Positions 9,641-19,420 of a stretch of 64,000 nucleotides of DNA are shown piece after piece. The notes under the pieces are model-generated. The model did not search any database. It was not told the DNA's origin and saw only the letters and a program-made list of their open reading frames with translations. Source of the DNA: Alphaproteobacteria bacterium (lineage in GTDB: Bacteria > Pseudomonadota > Alphaproteobacteria > GCA-2731375); the NCBI GenBank assembly GCA_965232515.1, contig CBDDPY010000002.1, positions 2,080,001 through 2,144,000 of the forward strand, in the 5' to 3' direction. A program made the translations under genes and the position numbers. How positions within the stretch are numbered: position 1 is the first letter of the stretch; every line of letters starts with the position of its first letter.

Positions 9641-10165
9641 ATGTCGGAACCGGCCCCTCCCGATCACCGGTCGCGCTACGACCGGCTGCTCGACGCCATC
9701 AGCGACGTCAGCACCGTCGTCACCGGGACCGCGCTCGTCGTGCTCACCGTGATATTCGGCTGGCTGGTCTTCGGCCGCTACGTGCTGAACGCGACGCCGA
9801 CCTGGGTCGAGCAGGTCTCGCTGCTGCTGGTCATGCTGATCGGCTTTCTCGGCGCCTCGGTCGGCATCCACAAGAACACCCATCTCGGCGTCTCCTTCTT
9901 CCGCGAGATCAGCCCGCGCCCGGTGCGCCGCGCCTTCGAGCTGGTCTCGCATATCGTGCTCATGATCTTCGGCGCGGTCATGCTGGTGAACAGCTACGAG
10001 CTCGTACTGTTCAAGTGGAGCACGGACATCCCGCTGATCCACATCCCCGAGGGCGTGCGCGCCATCCCGATCATGCTCTGCGGCGGCTTCACGACGCTCT
10101 ATTCGATCGGACACCTGATCCACTTCTTCAAGGGCATCGAAGAAGTCTCCGACATCACCGAGTAG
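9641..10165 (+). CDS. dctQ: TRAP transporter small permease
   Basis: 4 TM; VFGRYVLNATPTWVEQ; between dctP and dctM. Confidence 0.93.
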   Translation: MSEPAPPDHRSRYDRLLDAISDVSTVVTGTALVVLTVIFGWLVFGRYVLNATPTWVEQVSLLLVMLIGFLGASVGIHKNTHLGVSFFREISPRPVRRAFELVSHIVLMIFGAVMLVNSYELVLFKWSTDIPLIHIPEGVRAIPIMLCGGFTTLYSIGHLIHFFKGIEEVSDITE

Positions 10166-10183
10166 CGGCGGGGACCGCACGCC

Positions 10184-11467
10184 ATGGGGCTGTTCATCCT
10201 GCTCAGCGTTTTCGCGGTCTGCGTCGTCATCGGCATTCCGGTCGCCTTCGCGCTCGGCATCGCCGCCGTCTCGGCCTTCTTCTACGAGGGCCTGCCGCTG
10301 GTCATCGCCTTCCAGCGCATCGTCTCCGGCATCAACGTGTTCTCGCTGATGGCGATCCCGTTCTTCATCTTCGCCGGCGAATTGATGTTCCACGGCGGTA
10401 TCGCCATCCGCCTGGTGCGCTTCGCGTCCGCCGCGGTCGGCGCGGTGCGCGGCGGGCTCGGCATCGTCAACGTGTTTTCGTCCATGCTGTTCGGCGGCAT
10501 CTCCGGCTCGGCCGTCGCCGACATCTCGGCGCTCGGCTCGATCCTGATCCCGGTGATGAAGGAGAAGGGCTACGACGACGATTATGCCGTCAACGTGACC
10601 GTCACCTCGTCCATCGCCGGCATCATGATCCCGCCCAGCCACAACATGATCCTGTTCGCCGTGGCGGCCGGCGGCGGCATCTCCATCTCCAAGCTGTTTC
10701 TGGCCGGCGTCGTGCCGGGCGTGGTGATGTGCGTCTGCCTCGCCGTCGCCGCCTACGCCATCGCCGTGCGCCGCGGCTACCGCTCGGAAGCCTTCCCCGG
10801 CGTCACCGCCCTGCTGCTGCATTTCGTCTCGGCCGTGCCGGGGCTGTTTACCGCCGTCATCATCGTCGGCGGCGTCTTGAGCGGCATCTTCACCGTCACC
10901 GAGTCCGGCGCCTTCGGCGCGATCTATGCGTTCGTCGTCACCATCGTCGTTTACCGCGCGCTGACCTGGGACAAGTTCAAGACCGCCGTCGTCAGCGCCG
11001 TGCGCACGACCTCGATGGTGATGATCCTGGTCGCATCCGCCGCCGCCTTCGCCTACATGCTGACCTTCTTCCAGGTGCCGTCGCGGATGATCGATTTCAT
11101 GACCGGCATCTCGGAAAACCCGATCGTCATCCTGCTGATGATCAACCTGATGCTGCTGGTCCTCGGCATGATCATGGACATGGCGGCGCTGATCCTGATC
11201 TGCACGCCGATCTTCCTGCCCGTCGCCATGTCGATCGGCGTCGATCCGCTGCAGTTCGGCATGATCCTGATGATGAATCTGGGCCTGGGCCTGTGCACGC
11301 CGCCGGTCGGCGCCTGCCTGTTCGTCGGCTGCGCCGTCGGCAAGGTGCCGATCGAGCGCGCCGTCCGGTCGATCTGGCCGTTCTACGCCGCGATCCTGAT
11401 CGCACTCATTCTGACGACCTTCGTCCCGGCGATCTCGCTCACCCTGCCGAACCTGCTGTCGGATTAG
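10184..11467 (+). CDS. dctM: TRAP transporter large permease
   Basis: AIPFFIFAG, FGGISGSAVAD, IPPS, TPPVG. Confidence 0.96.
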   Translation: MGLFILLSVFAVCVVIGIPVAFALGIAAVSAFFYEGLPLVIAFQRIVSGINVFSLMAIPFFIFAGELMFHGGIAIRLVRFASAAVGAVRGGLGIVNVFSSMLFGGISGSAVADISALGSILIPVMKEKGYDDDYAVNVTVTSSIAGIMIPPSHNMILFAVAAGGGISISKLFLAGVVPGVVMCVCLAVAAYAIAVRRGYRSEAFPGVTALLLHFVSAVPGLFTAVIIVGGVLSGIFTVTESGAFGAIYAFVVTIVVYRALTWDKFKTAVVSAVRTTSMVMILVASAAAFAYMLTFFQVPSRMIDFMTGISENPIVILLMINLMLLVLGMIMDMAALILICTPIFLPVAMSIGVDPLQFGMILMMNLGLGLCTPPVGACLFVGCAVGKVPIERAVRSIWPFYAAILIALILTTFVPAISLTLPNLLSD

Positions 11468-11471
11468 CGCT

Positions 11472-12188
11472 ATGATCGACCTGAACCTGGAGATCAAAAA
11501 GGGCGAGCGGCTGTCGGACCAGCTCTACGGCCAGCTCTTGGAAAAGATCGTCGCCGGCGAGCTCAAGGAGGGCGACAAGCTGCCGTCCGAGAACGAGATC
11601 TCGCGCGCCTTCAACGTCTCCCGGCCGGTGATCCGCGAGGCCCTGTTGCGGCTGCAGGCCGACGGCCTGGTCTATTCCCGCCAGGGCTCGGGCTCGTTCG
11701 TCAAGTCGCGACCGCCCGAGGGCCTGATCAAGTTCGCCCAGCCGTCCGACGTCGCCGGCTATCTCCGCTGCTTCGAGGCCCGGCTGCCGATCGAAGGCGC
11801 TGCCGCGGCGCTCGCGGCCCAGCGCGCCACGGCCCGCGACGTCAAGGACATCGAGCGCAGCCTGGTCGAGCTGAAGGCATGCCTCAACAGCGACGATCCC
11901 GCCGACAAGGCCGACTTCGCCTTTCACCTGGCGATCGCCCGGGCGTCCGGGAACGACTTCTTCGTCGCCATCCTCTCGTCGCTGAACACCGCCATCACGT
12001 CGGGCATCCGGGTCAATCTGAAGATCACGCAAGCCGGCTCGCGGGAACGCCTGCGCAAGGTCCTGGAAGAACACCAGGCCATCTTCGACGCGATTTCGAG
12101 CGGCGACGCCACCAGCGCCGACCTCGCCATGCGCTACCACATCAACCGCGCCCGCCTCCGCGTCACCAACCGCCTGCGCGACCAGTAG
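11472..12188 (+). CDS. FadR/GntR-family regulator
   Basis: GDKLPSENEISRAFNVSRPVIREAL; FCD domain (DFAFH, EHQAI). Confidence 0.94.
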   Translation: MIDLNLEIKKGERLSDQLYGQLLEKIVAGELKEGDKLPSENEISRAFNVSRPVIREALLRLQADGLVYSRQGSGSFVKSRPPEGLIKFAQPSDVAGYLRCFEARLPIEGAAAALAAQRATARDVKDIERSLVELKACLNSDDPADKADFAFHLAIARASGNDFFVAILSSLNTAITSGIRVNLKITQAGSRERLRKVLEEHQAIFDAISSGDATSADLAMRYHINRARLRVTNRLRDQ

Positions 12189-12226
12189 AGCGGACCGCTT
12201 TAAGGCCGGATCGCCGACATCGCTCG

Positions 12227-12416
12227 GTCATGCCGGCGCAGGAGCGTGTGAAGGAATTACCCGGCTGTCATCTCAGCCGTCATCCTGGCGAAGGCCAGGA
12301 TCCAGGTTTGTTGTTTTTCAACAGATTGCGATTCCGCTGGATGCTGGCCTGCGCCAGCATGACGTGTGTTGCCGGGTCACACGCAATTCCCTCACAGCCT
12401 CCTGCGTCGGTATGAC
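12227..12416. repeat. nested (composite) palindromic repeat / MITE-like element
   Basis: Imperfect outer IR 12227-12258 / 12385-12416 encloses an inner GTCAT..ATGAC double-hairpin element (12271-12364) that recurs at 63290-63383. Confidence 0.75.
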
Positions 12417-12613
12417 GCGCGTTAGGAGGCTGTCGCCCGGGCGAGAGGTCTGAAAATCGGCATCGTCGCGTCATCTGCTCGATGCCGCCAAATGCCATCG
12501 CGCTCCAGCCCGCCGCGGCGAACGTGCCGCGAAAAACTTCCGTTGATCTGCATCCAAGCGCCGCCCGGCCGCATCTTTAAGAGTATCAGCGACTCTTAAT
12601 ATTGGAGGGCGAC

Positions 12614-13024
12614 GTGGAAACGTTGGGTATCGGCGCGGGCCTGGGCGCCATCGCATTCTGGGGCTTTCTGGCCGCCGTTGTCGGGATCGGCGTCTGGCAC
12701 GACATCCGCCGGCGCGAGGCGCAACACGAAACGCTGCGCCGCCTGGTCGAGAGCGGCCAGCCCATCGACCCCTTGTTGATGACGAAGGTCTTGGGCGGCG
12801 ACAAGCGGCTGGACCGCAACCTGAAAGCCGGTGGGCTGATCCTGCTGTTCGCCGCGCCCGGCCTGGCCGTGCTGGGCTGGTTCCTCGGCCAACTCGCCGC
12901 CTGGGCGCTGCCGCCGCTGCTCGGGACCGCCGCGTTCGCGGCCTGTACGGGCATCGGCCTGCTCGTGGCGTCCAAGGCCATCGAGCGCTCCTATCGCGAG
13001 GACGATACCGGCGCGGCGGGCTAA
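12614..13024 (+). CDS. DUF6249-like membrane protein (ECF-associated)
   Basis: TM-RRREAQHETLRRLVESGQPI-TM-TM pattern, directly upstream of the ECF sigma factor. Confidence 0.7.
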   Translation: METLGIGAGLGAIAFWGFLAAVVGIGVWHDIRRREAQHETLRRLVESGQPIDPLLMTKVLGGDKRLDRNLKAGGLILLFAAPGLAVLGWFLGQLAAWALPPLLGTAAFAACTGIGLLVASKAIERSYREDDTGAAG

Positions 13025-13028
13025 CGAC

Positions 13029-13598
13029 TTGCCCCGGCCGCCGATCCCCTATGGCGACAGCCCGGAAGCCTTGCTCGTCGGTCTGGCGCGGACCGGCGAC
13101 CGCGACGCCTTCGCGGAACTGGTCCGCCGCCGCCAATCCTGGATCCGCAACCTGATGCGGCGGTGCTGCGGCGATCTCAGCCTGGCCGACGACCTGGCCC
13201 AGCAGGTCTTCCTGCAGGCCTGGCGTAAGATCCCCTCTTTGCGGCAACCCGACCGTTTCGCCGCCTGGCTCCGGCGCCTCGCCGTCAACACCTGGCTGCA
13301 GCACCTGCGGGCGAACGATGCGCTGTACAACGCCGACACGATCGACGACACGGAACCGGCGCCCTGCGAGACACCCGGCGTCGCCATGGATCTTGACCGC
13401 GCGCTGGCGTCGCTGCCCGACATCGTTCGGCTCTGTGTCGTCCTGTCCCATCGCGACGGCATGACCCACGGCGAAATCGCCGACCTCACCGACCTGCCGC
13501 TGGGCACGGTCAAGTCCCATATCCGCCGCGGCACGCTGCGCCTGCGGCAATTGCTGACCGCCTACCGAGAAACGACGCGCCCCGAGGAACCCGTATGA
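13029..13598 (+). CDS. ECF RNA polymerase sigma factor
   Basis: GDRDAFAELVRR, ADDLAQQVFLQAW, FAAWLRRLAVN, EIADLTDLPLGTVKSHIRRG. Confidence 0.95.
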   Translation: MPRPPIPYGDSPEALLVGLARTGDRDAFAELVRRRQSWIRNLMRRCCGDLSLADDLAQQVFLQAWRKIPSLRQPDRFAAWLRRLAVNTWLQHLRANDALYNADTIDDTEPAPCETPGVAMDLDRALASLPDIVRLCVVLSHRDGMTHGEIADLTDLPLGTVKSHIRRGTLRLRQLLTAYRETTRPEEPV

Positions 13599-13942
13599 CC
13601 GACGATCGAGATCCGGACCTGCAAGCCCTGTTCGCCGACGCCGAACGGCCCTTGGCGGACGAAACCTTTACTGTTGCCGTGATGTCGCGGATCGACCGGC
13701 GGTGGCGATGGGCCTTGTTCGGCCGGATCGGCTTCGGCCTGGCGCTGGCCTTGTGCGCCTGGCTCATCGCGCCAACGCTGCAGGCCGTCGCCAACCTGCT
13801 GACGCAGGCCGCCGCCTCGCCGCTGGTCGCCCTCGACGATCCGCTGCTCGCCCAGACGCTGGCGCCCGTCAACAGCATTGCGGGCGCTTGCGGCCTGGGC
13901 CTCGTCGGTCTCTGGCAACTCTACCGATCGATCTTCGCCTAG
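13595..13942 (+). CDS. small membrane protein, putative anti-sigma factor
   Basis: ATGA overlap with the ECF gene; DETFTVAVMSRI then two TMs. Confidence 0.65.
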   Translation: MTDDRDPDLQALFADAERPLADETFTVAVMSRIDRRWRWALFGRIGFGLALALCAWLIAPTLQAVANLLTQAAASPLVALDDPLLAQTLAPVNSIAGACGLGLVGLWQLYRSIFA

Positions 13943-13964
13943 CCCGACTGTCCATACCCGGTCA

Positions 13965-14498
13965 TTACAGGACCCGATATTCCGAGCGCACCAACCCGGA
14001 GGGATAGGCGCGGGTGCCGATATGTTCGAGGTCGATGTCGCCTTCAAGCCCGCCGAACAGCGGTCGTCCGTCGCCAATCAGGATGGGAATGCGGGTCAGC
14101 AGGATGTCGGCGATCAGTCCCGCGCGCAGGAAGGATTGCACGACCTTGCCGCCATCCACATAAACACGCTCCCAGCCCTCCCCCTCGAGCTGCCGCATCA
14201 GGTCCGCCGGCGACAGGTCGGACAGGCGGACGCGTGCCTTCAGCGCATCGGGAACATCGTCGTCGGTCAGGCGCTGGCTCATGACCACGACCGGCTTCTC
14301 GTAGGGCCATTCGTCGAAGCTCAGGACCGTCTCGAACGATCCCCGCCCCATGACCAGCCCATCGACCGAGGCCATGAACGCGTCATAGCCGTGGTCCTCG
14401 CCTTCGGTGTTCTGCTTCATCAGCCAATCCAGGCCGCCGTCGCGCCGGGCGACATAGCCGTCGAGGCTCGCGGCGATAAACACGTGACCCGTGATCAC
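13965..14498 (-). CDS. dihydrofolate reductase/RibD C-terminal family protein
   Basis: FIAASLDGYVA, MGRGSFE, YVDGG, IPILIGDG; GTG start after AAGGGAG. Confidence 0.92.
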   Translation of the reverse strand: MITGHVFIAASLDGYVARRDGGLDWLMKQNTEGEDHGYDAFMASVDGLVMGRGSFETVLSFDEWPYEKPVVVMSQRLTDDDVPDALKARVRLSDLSPADLMRQLEGEGWERVYVDGGKVVQSFLRAGLIADILLTRIPILIGDGRPLFGGLEGDIDLEHIGTRAYPSGLVRSEYRVL

Positions 14499-14529
14499 GG
14501 CATAAACACTCCCTTCGAAATCCGGGCGT

Positions 14530-15495
14530 CTAGTCCGCCACCGAACGCAGAAATTTATCCACGTCTGCCAGCAGCGCGTCGGCGGCATGGTATCCGCCCA
14601 TCTTCACGGCGCCTTTGCGGGCGCACGACCGGAACGCCTTCGGCCGCTCGGCCCGGGTCAGCAGGTGGCCCGACCCCGTCTCGTATTCATAACCGTCGGC
14701 GCGGAGCGCGACGTTGCAACCGACCATGCTGTAGGCGTGCGGCATGTTGCGAATCCCGTCGATCGGCGCGTCGAAGCCGTGATAGGCGCCCTCGTAGAGC
14801 GTGATCGCCCAGTCCCTTCCCTGCGCCTTCATCCGCTCGACTTGGGCGATGCAGGGCGCGGCCGGCGTCCAGTTGTCGAGTTCGCCGATGAAGACATGCA
14901 CGGGCGCCGCCGTCACCTGGCCGTCCTCGATCTCGGCGCAGAGCGGATAGAGCAAGAGATAGCCGGCATAGTCGAGCTCGCCGGCGACCTTCCGGCGAAT
15001 GGGCGTCCAGGCCGCGAACATCGCCGCGATCGCGCCCTTGCTGCTGCCCATGATCACGATGCGGTCCGGATCGATGTCGGGTCGCTCGGCCAGAAACCGA
15101 AGCGCCCGCAGCACGTCCGTTGTCATCATCGCCGCGGTCACGTTGGTCTGGTTGCCCACCGTCGAGGTGACGCCGCGCGGCCCGAAGCTGTCGATCTGCA
15201 GGGTTGCGAAACCCAGATCGCGCGCCAGTTCGAGGTAACGCTGATGGCGCAGCAGTCGGCCCCCCGACCCGTGCATGAAGACGAACGCCGGCATGACGTC
15301 CCTGGTCTCGTCGGGATAGACGAGATCGGCGTCGATCTCGACATCGTAGACCGGCGCCGCCAACTTCAGCAGATCGCCGAGCTGATAAGGGCTCGCCGAT
15401 CTAATGGTGACCTCGCCGGCTCTGGCCGCCGCCGTCAACAGCACGCCCAGGGTCAGCAAACAACCCAGGCCGTGGGCTTTCCAGGCGCATCGCAT
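14530..15495 (-). CDS. exported dienelactone hydrolase-family protein
   Basis: Signal peptide; MHGSGG, GSSKG nucleophile elbow, GELDNW, YEGAYHGFD. Confidence 0.88.
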   Translation of the reverse strand: MRCAWKAHGLGCLLTLGVLLTAAARAGEVTIRSASPYQLGDLLKLAAPVYDVEIDADLVYPDETRDVMPAFVFMHGSGGRLLRHQRYLELARDLGFATLQIDSFGPRGVTSTVGNQTNVTAAMMTTDVLRALRFLAERPDIDPDRIVIMGSSKGAIAAMFAAWTPIRRKVAGELDYAGYLLLYPLCAEIEDGQVTAAPVHVFIGELDNWTPAAPCIAQVERMKAQGRDWAITLYEGAYHGFDAPIDGIRNMPHAYSMVGCNVALRADGYEYETGSGHLLTRAERPKAFRSCARKGAVKMGGYHAADALLADVDKFLRSVAD

Positions 15496-15594
15496 CGTGA
15501 AACCTCCGCCAAACGGCCACAACTGTCCCGGAAGTCGCGGCGTCATTCAATCGTTTCGCGGCTGTTCCTGCCTGGCTGGCGTCCCGAACCGTCG

Positions 15595-16230
15595 CTACGC
15601 GGCCTTCTTCGCGACAATGAACACCGATTCGAACATCGACTTGCCCTTGCCCGGCTGCCATTCATAGTCGATCTCGAAACCGGCGCTGGTCAGACTGTCG
15701 ACCAGTTCCGTCGTGGTGAAGACCTTGACCAGCGGCATCAAGCCCAAAACCTTTCCGATCGGCGCGACGATCTTGAAAAACTTCATGTTGTTGCCGAGGC
15801 AGACCGTGCTGGTGACGAAAACGCCGCCCGGTTTCAACAGCTTGCGCACCTTGGCGATGGCCGCGTCCCTGTCCGCCAGCAGGTGCAGGACGTTGAGGCC
15901 CAGCACGGCATCGAAGGATTGATCCGGCGCGCTGAAGTCCTCGATACCGGATACGTCAAACGTCACGCCGTCGACGTTCTGCGCATCGGCCTTGGTTCGC
16001 GCGATCTCGATCATCTTCGCCGAGATATCGATCGCCTGGATGTGTTTCACAAAGGACGCATGGGCGATGGCGGTCGACCCCGTCCCGCAACCGAATTCCA
16101 GGACCGCCATGTCCGGCCGGAAGTAGTCGCGCGTGACCTGAAGCTTCTTCTGATACGCCGCTTCGTTGGCGACGGGCCGTTGCGAATAGCGTACGGCCGT
16201 TCTGTCCCAGAACTTGGCTGACTGAACCAT
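15595..16230 (-). CDS. class I SAM-dependent methyltransferase
   Basis: VLEFGCGTG, AIDIS, FDAV, LLKPGG. Confidence 0.93.
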   Translation of the reverse strand: MVQSAKFWDRTAVRYSQRPVANEAAYQKKLQVTRDYFRPDMAVLEFGCGTGSTAIAHASFVKHIQAIDISAKMIEIARTKADAQNVDGVTFDVSGIEDFSAPDQSFDAVLGLNVLHLLADRDAAIAKVRKLLKPGGVFVTSTVCLGNNMKFFKIVAPIGKVLGLMPLVKVFTTTELVDSLTSAGFEIDYEWQPGKGKSMFESVFIVAKKAA

Positions 16231-16398
16231 CCTATCCCCGGTGTATCTGATTGAGAGCACTGCAATGCGGGATGTAGGAATCGGAAAACCGCCGTGAAGG
16301 CGGCGAATGGACCCGAAAAAACGCCTTCATTTCGACCGCCGTCCGGGCTAGCCGATTCAGACCCTCCAAACAGCGATCGATGATGTCCGTTGGCGACC

Positions 16399-16944
16399 CT
16401 AAACGCCGCCGGCCGACGCGCGGAACAACAGCAGGGCCGGCTCGTCGCGGTAGCTCGCCGTCACGTCGTCGCCGTAGCCCGCCTTGCGGCCGACCTTGAT
16501 CGAGGCGGCATGCGCGGGATCGAACATGCAGAACGTCCTGTCGCTGTCGATATACCGGTCGGCCCAGGCAACGATGCAGGTCACCGCTTCCGTCGCATAG
16601 CCCTTGCCGTGCTCGGATGTCTTCAGCACCCAGCCCGCTTCCGGCAGGTCCGGCTGCGGCGGCGCGATGGCGCGCTGGTGGTCGGCGAACCCGATCTCGC
16701 CGACGAAGCGGCCGTCGTCCTTGCTCTCGGCCACCCAATAGCCGAAGCCCAGCAGCCGCCAATGCCCGACATGGCGCAACAGCCGCGACCAGGATTCCTC
16801 CGTCGAGTACGGCCGCCCGGAGATATGCCGGACGACGTCCATGTCGGCCCACATGGCCGCGCTCTCGGCGAAATCCGCGCGCCGGTGCGGCCGGAGGATC
16901 AGGCGTGGTGTCTCCAGTATTGGCGCCGTCTCGAACACAGACAT
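16399..16944 (-). CDS. GNAT acetyltransferase (RimJ/RimL type)
   Basis: LETPRLILRP, PEAGW, HGKGYATEA. Confidence 0.9.
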   Translation of the reverse strand: MSVFETAPILETPRLILRPHRRADFAESAAMWADMDVVRHISGRPYSTEESWSRLLRHVGHWRLLGFGYWVAESKDDGRFVGEIGFADHQRAIAPPQPDLPEAGWVLKTSEHGKGYATEAVTCIVAWADRYIDSDRTFCMFDPAHAASIKVGRKAGYGDDVTASYRDEPALLLFRASAGGV

Positions 16945-17049
16945 CCCGCCCTCCAGCACAGGTCAGTCCAGGGAATGCCGACGGGCCAGGCGCCCGGCCG
17001 GAAGGGAATCCAAGGACAACAGAAACATTGAGAAAGTCACCACCACGTC

Positions 17050-17133
17050 GTCATTGCCGGACTTGATCCGGCAATCCAGGCAACGCTCGCCCCCGGCACC
17101 ACGCTGGATCACCGGGTCAAGCCCGGTGATGAC
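17050..17133. repeat. REP-like GTCAT..ATGAC double-hairpin element
   Basis: GTCATTGCCGGACTTGATCCGGCAATCCA ... TGGATCACCGGGTCAAGCCCGGTGATGAC. Confidence 0.85.
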
Positions 17134-17167
17134 CAGGAAGAGGTGTCGAATTCATCGCGTGAGCTTA

Positions 17168-17896
17168 TCAGGCCGTGGCGGCGGCCGCCTGCGCCTCCAG
17201 ATGCTGGACCAGCTCGGCCGGCAGCGACAGGCGACCGGCCAGCGCCTCCAGATAGGCCTGCTCGGCCGGGTGGTCGGGATCGATGGCGAGCCGCGACGCG
17301 AGATACAGCTCCGCCGCCTGCTCCGGCCCGTCGGCGAGGCCGGCGATGTCCTGCAGGCTCGGCGGCTTGCCCAGCACGTCGAAGACGAAGGCCTTGTCCT
17401 CGGCGTCGAGCGGCAGTTCGCCGACCCGGTCGAAGATCTGGCGCTGCTCCTCCGCATCGATATGGCCGTCGGCATTGGCCGCGCCGATCATCGCCATCAC
17501 CAGCGCCAGCTCGAACGGCCTGCCGTCGCTCGCCGGCGCCGCGGCGGGCAGGAACTTCGAATCGGCCGGCGGCGATTCGGGCACGCCGCCGGCGGCCGGC
17601 GCCGCGGTCTGCGGCGCCTGCTGCCCGCCCTGCCAGTTGTTGTAGGCGCGATAGGCGAGCGCGCCCAACGCCGCGGCGCCGCCATAGCCGACCACGCCGC
17701 CGGCGACCTTGCCGACCGTCTTGCGCGCCTTCTTGTTGCCCAGCAGCAGTCCCAGCAACCCGCCGGCCGCGACGCCGCCGGCGATGCCGCCCACGCCGCT
17801 GTTGGCGAGCCCGGACTTGGCGCTCTGCAACGCGCCGCCGGCTTTTTGGCCCGCGTCGGGGCCCAGAAACTGCTCCAAAAGACCTTGGGGGTTCAT
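17168..17896 (-). CDS. DUF533/YebE (TerB-like) membrane protein
   Basis: Gly-rich TM segment, AMIGAANADGHID, ELYLASRLAIDPDHPAEQAYL. Confidence 0.88.
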   Translation of the reverse strand: MNPQGLLEQFLGPDAGQKAGGALQSAKSGLANSGVGGIAGGVAAGGLLGLLLGNKKARKTVGKVAGGVVGYGGAAALGALAYRAYNNWQGGQQAPQTAAPAAGGVPESPPADSKFLPAAAPASDGRPFELALVMAMIGAANADGHIDAEEQRQIFDRVGELPLDAEDKAFVFDVLGKPPSLQDIAGLADGPEQAAELYLASRLAIDPDHPAEQAYLEALAGRLSLPAELVQHLEAQAAAATA

Positions 17897-18014
17897 AAGC
17901 GACCTCTCGTTAATGCCGAAAGGTAGATAGGCACGGACACCCCCGATGGCAATCGGACGGCATCGTCCGACACGACGCCGCCAATACCGCGCCTGGCGAA
18001 CGAACGCTTACGCG

Positions 18015-18461
18015 CTAGAGCACAACCAGCTCGGTGTGGCCGAAGCCCTTTTTGTAGTCGAGAAGCGATATCGCCACGGGCTCCAAACGAAAGAAGGCAA
18101 GTTCGGCGGCGCCTTCGGTCTCGTACGTCGCGGCCTTGGGGAACTTCTTCAGAAGCAGGTTGCCGATCCGCTCCTGCTCGGCCGGATCGGTCACCGAAAT
18201 CGCCAAAGCCCCCATCGACAGCGACTCGATATCGTCCCAGCTGTCATAGGCGCGGTCGATGGTCAGCGAGACCTTGTTGTTGCGCGCAATGTTCCGCGCC
18301 TTCTGGGTGTCGGCGGTGGTGATGAAATAGATCGCCAGACCGTCGTTCACGTAGCTCACCGTCGTCGCCTGCGGAAAGCCGTCCTCGCGGACGGTGGCGA
18401 TGGTCATGTCGTCGACGTCATCGACAATGGAGATAATCTGTTCGTGCAGCTTTTCGTCCAT
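18015..18461 (-). CDS. pyridoxamine 5'-phosphate oxidase-like FMN-binding protein
   Basis: MTIATVREDGFPQATTV, QKARNIARNNKVSL. Confidence 0.88.
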   Translation of the reverse strand: MDEKLHEQIISIVDDVDDMTIATVREDGFPQATTVSYVNDGLAIYFITTADTQKARNIARNNKVSLTIDRAYDSWDDIESLSMGALAISVTDPAEQERIGNLLLKKFPKAATYETEGAAELAFFRLEPVAISLLDYKKGFGHTELVVL

Positions 18462-18647
18462 GTCCCGCTCCCGCCCTATCCCGGCGATCGATATGAACAG
18501 AAATCCGGGCCAGGTGTGTTGATGTGCCTCAACGAGCGACCGTGCTCTGCGCCGCATGCGACGAATGAAGCCGCGGCCATGGAACGGTCGGGGGCCTGCG
18601 GGCTATGATGCCTTTTTTGGGCGAACGGACGCCGGGGAGGAAGCGCG

Positions 18648-19412
18648 ATGCCGATTGTCATGGACGCGGCCGAGGCCGCCAAGGGCCGGCAGGCGGTCGA
18701 GGTCAAGGGCTTCACCACCAAGGCCCACGACGCCGACAGTTATTATGCGACGCTCTATATGGGCGCGGCGCCCGACAACGCGGCGGCCACAATGGGCCGG
18801 GCGGGCGACGACAAGTCGCTGCCGCAGGCCTATCTGGTCGAGCAGCCCGCCGACGCCACCGTGCCGCCGCACTTCCACGACACCGATCAGTTCCAGGTCT
18901 TCGTGGCCGGCGCCGCCAGCTTCGGCAAGCAGCCGGTGCGACCGCTGTCGCTTCACTATGCCGGCGGCCACACGCCCTACGGCCCGATCGTCACGACGGA
19001 GCAGGGCGCGCATTACTTCACGCTGCGCGCCAAATGGGATTCCGGCGGCAAGCCGATGCCGCAATCTCGCGATCGGCTGAAACCGGTCCGCCGCTGCCAC
19101 CGGCTGGCCGAGGACATCGCGGCCAAGGCCGGCCCGACCGGGCGCGCCGACGTGCTGCCGGTCGAGGACGACGGCCTGGGCGCGGCGTTGTTCACGCTCG
19201 CCCCCGACCAGACCGGGACGCTCGATCTGGATGTGGCGGGCGGCGGCCAGTACGCGCTCGTCACCGCCGGCACGGTCCGGCATGACGGCGCCGACCTCGC
19301 CGAACATTCCTGCCTCTACCGCTTCGCCGAGGAAGCGCCGCTGACGCTCACCGCCGGCCCGGCCGGCGCCGCTGTTCTGCTGATGCAGTTCCCGGTCCAC
19401 GCGGACGGCTAG
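18648..19412 (+). CDS. hypothetical bicupin-like protein
   Basis: PPHFHDTDQFQVFV and HYAGGHTPYGPI cupin-like His motifs. Confidence 0.6.
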   Translation: MPIVMDAAEAAKGRQAVEVKGFTTKAHDADSYYATLYMGAAPDNAAATMGRAGDDKSLPQAYLVEQPADATVPPHFHDTDQFQVFVAGAASFGKQPVRPLSLHYAGGHTPYGPIVTTEQGAHYFTLRAKWDSGGKPMPQSRDRLKPVRRCHRLAEDIAAKAGPTGRADVLPVEDDGLGAALFTLAPDQTGTLDLDVAGGGQYALVTAGTVRHDGADLAEHSCLYRFAEEAPLTLTAGPAGAAVLLMQFPVHADG

Positions 19413-19420
19413 AGGCGTCC

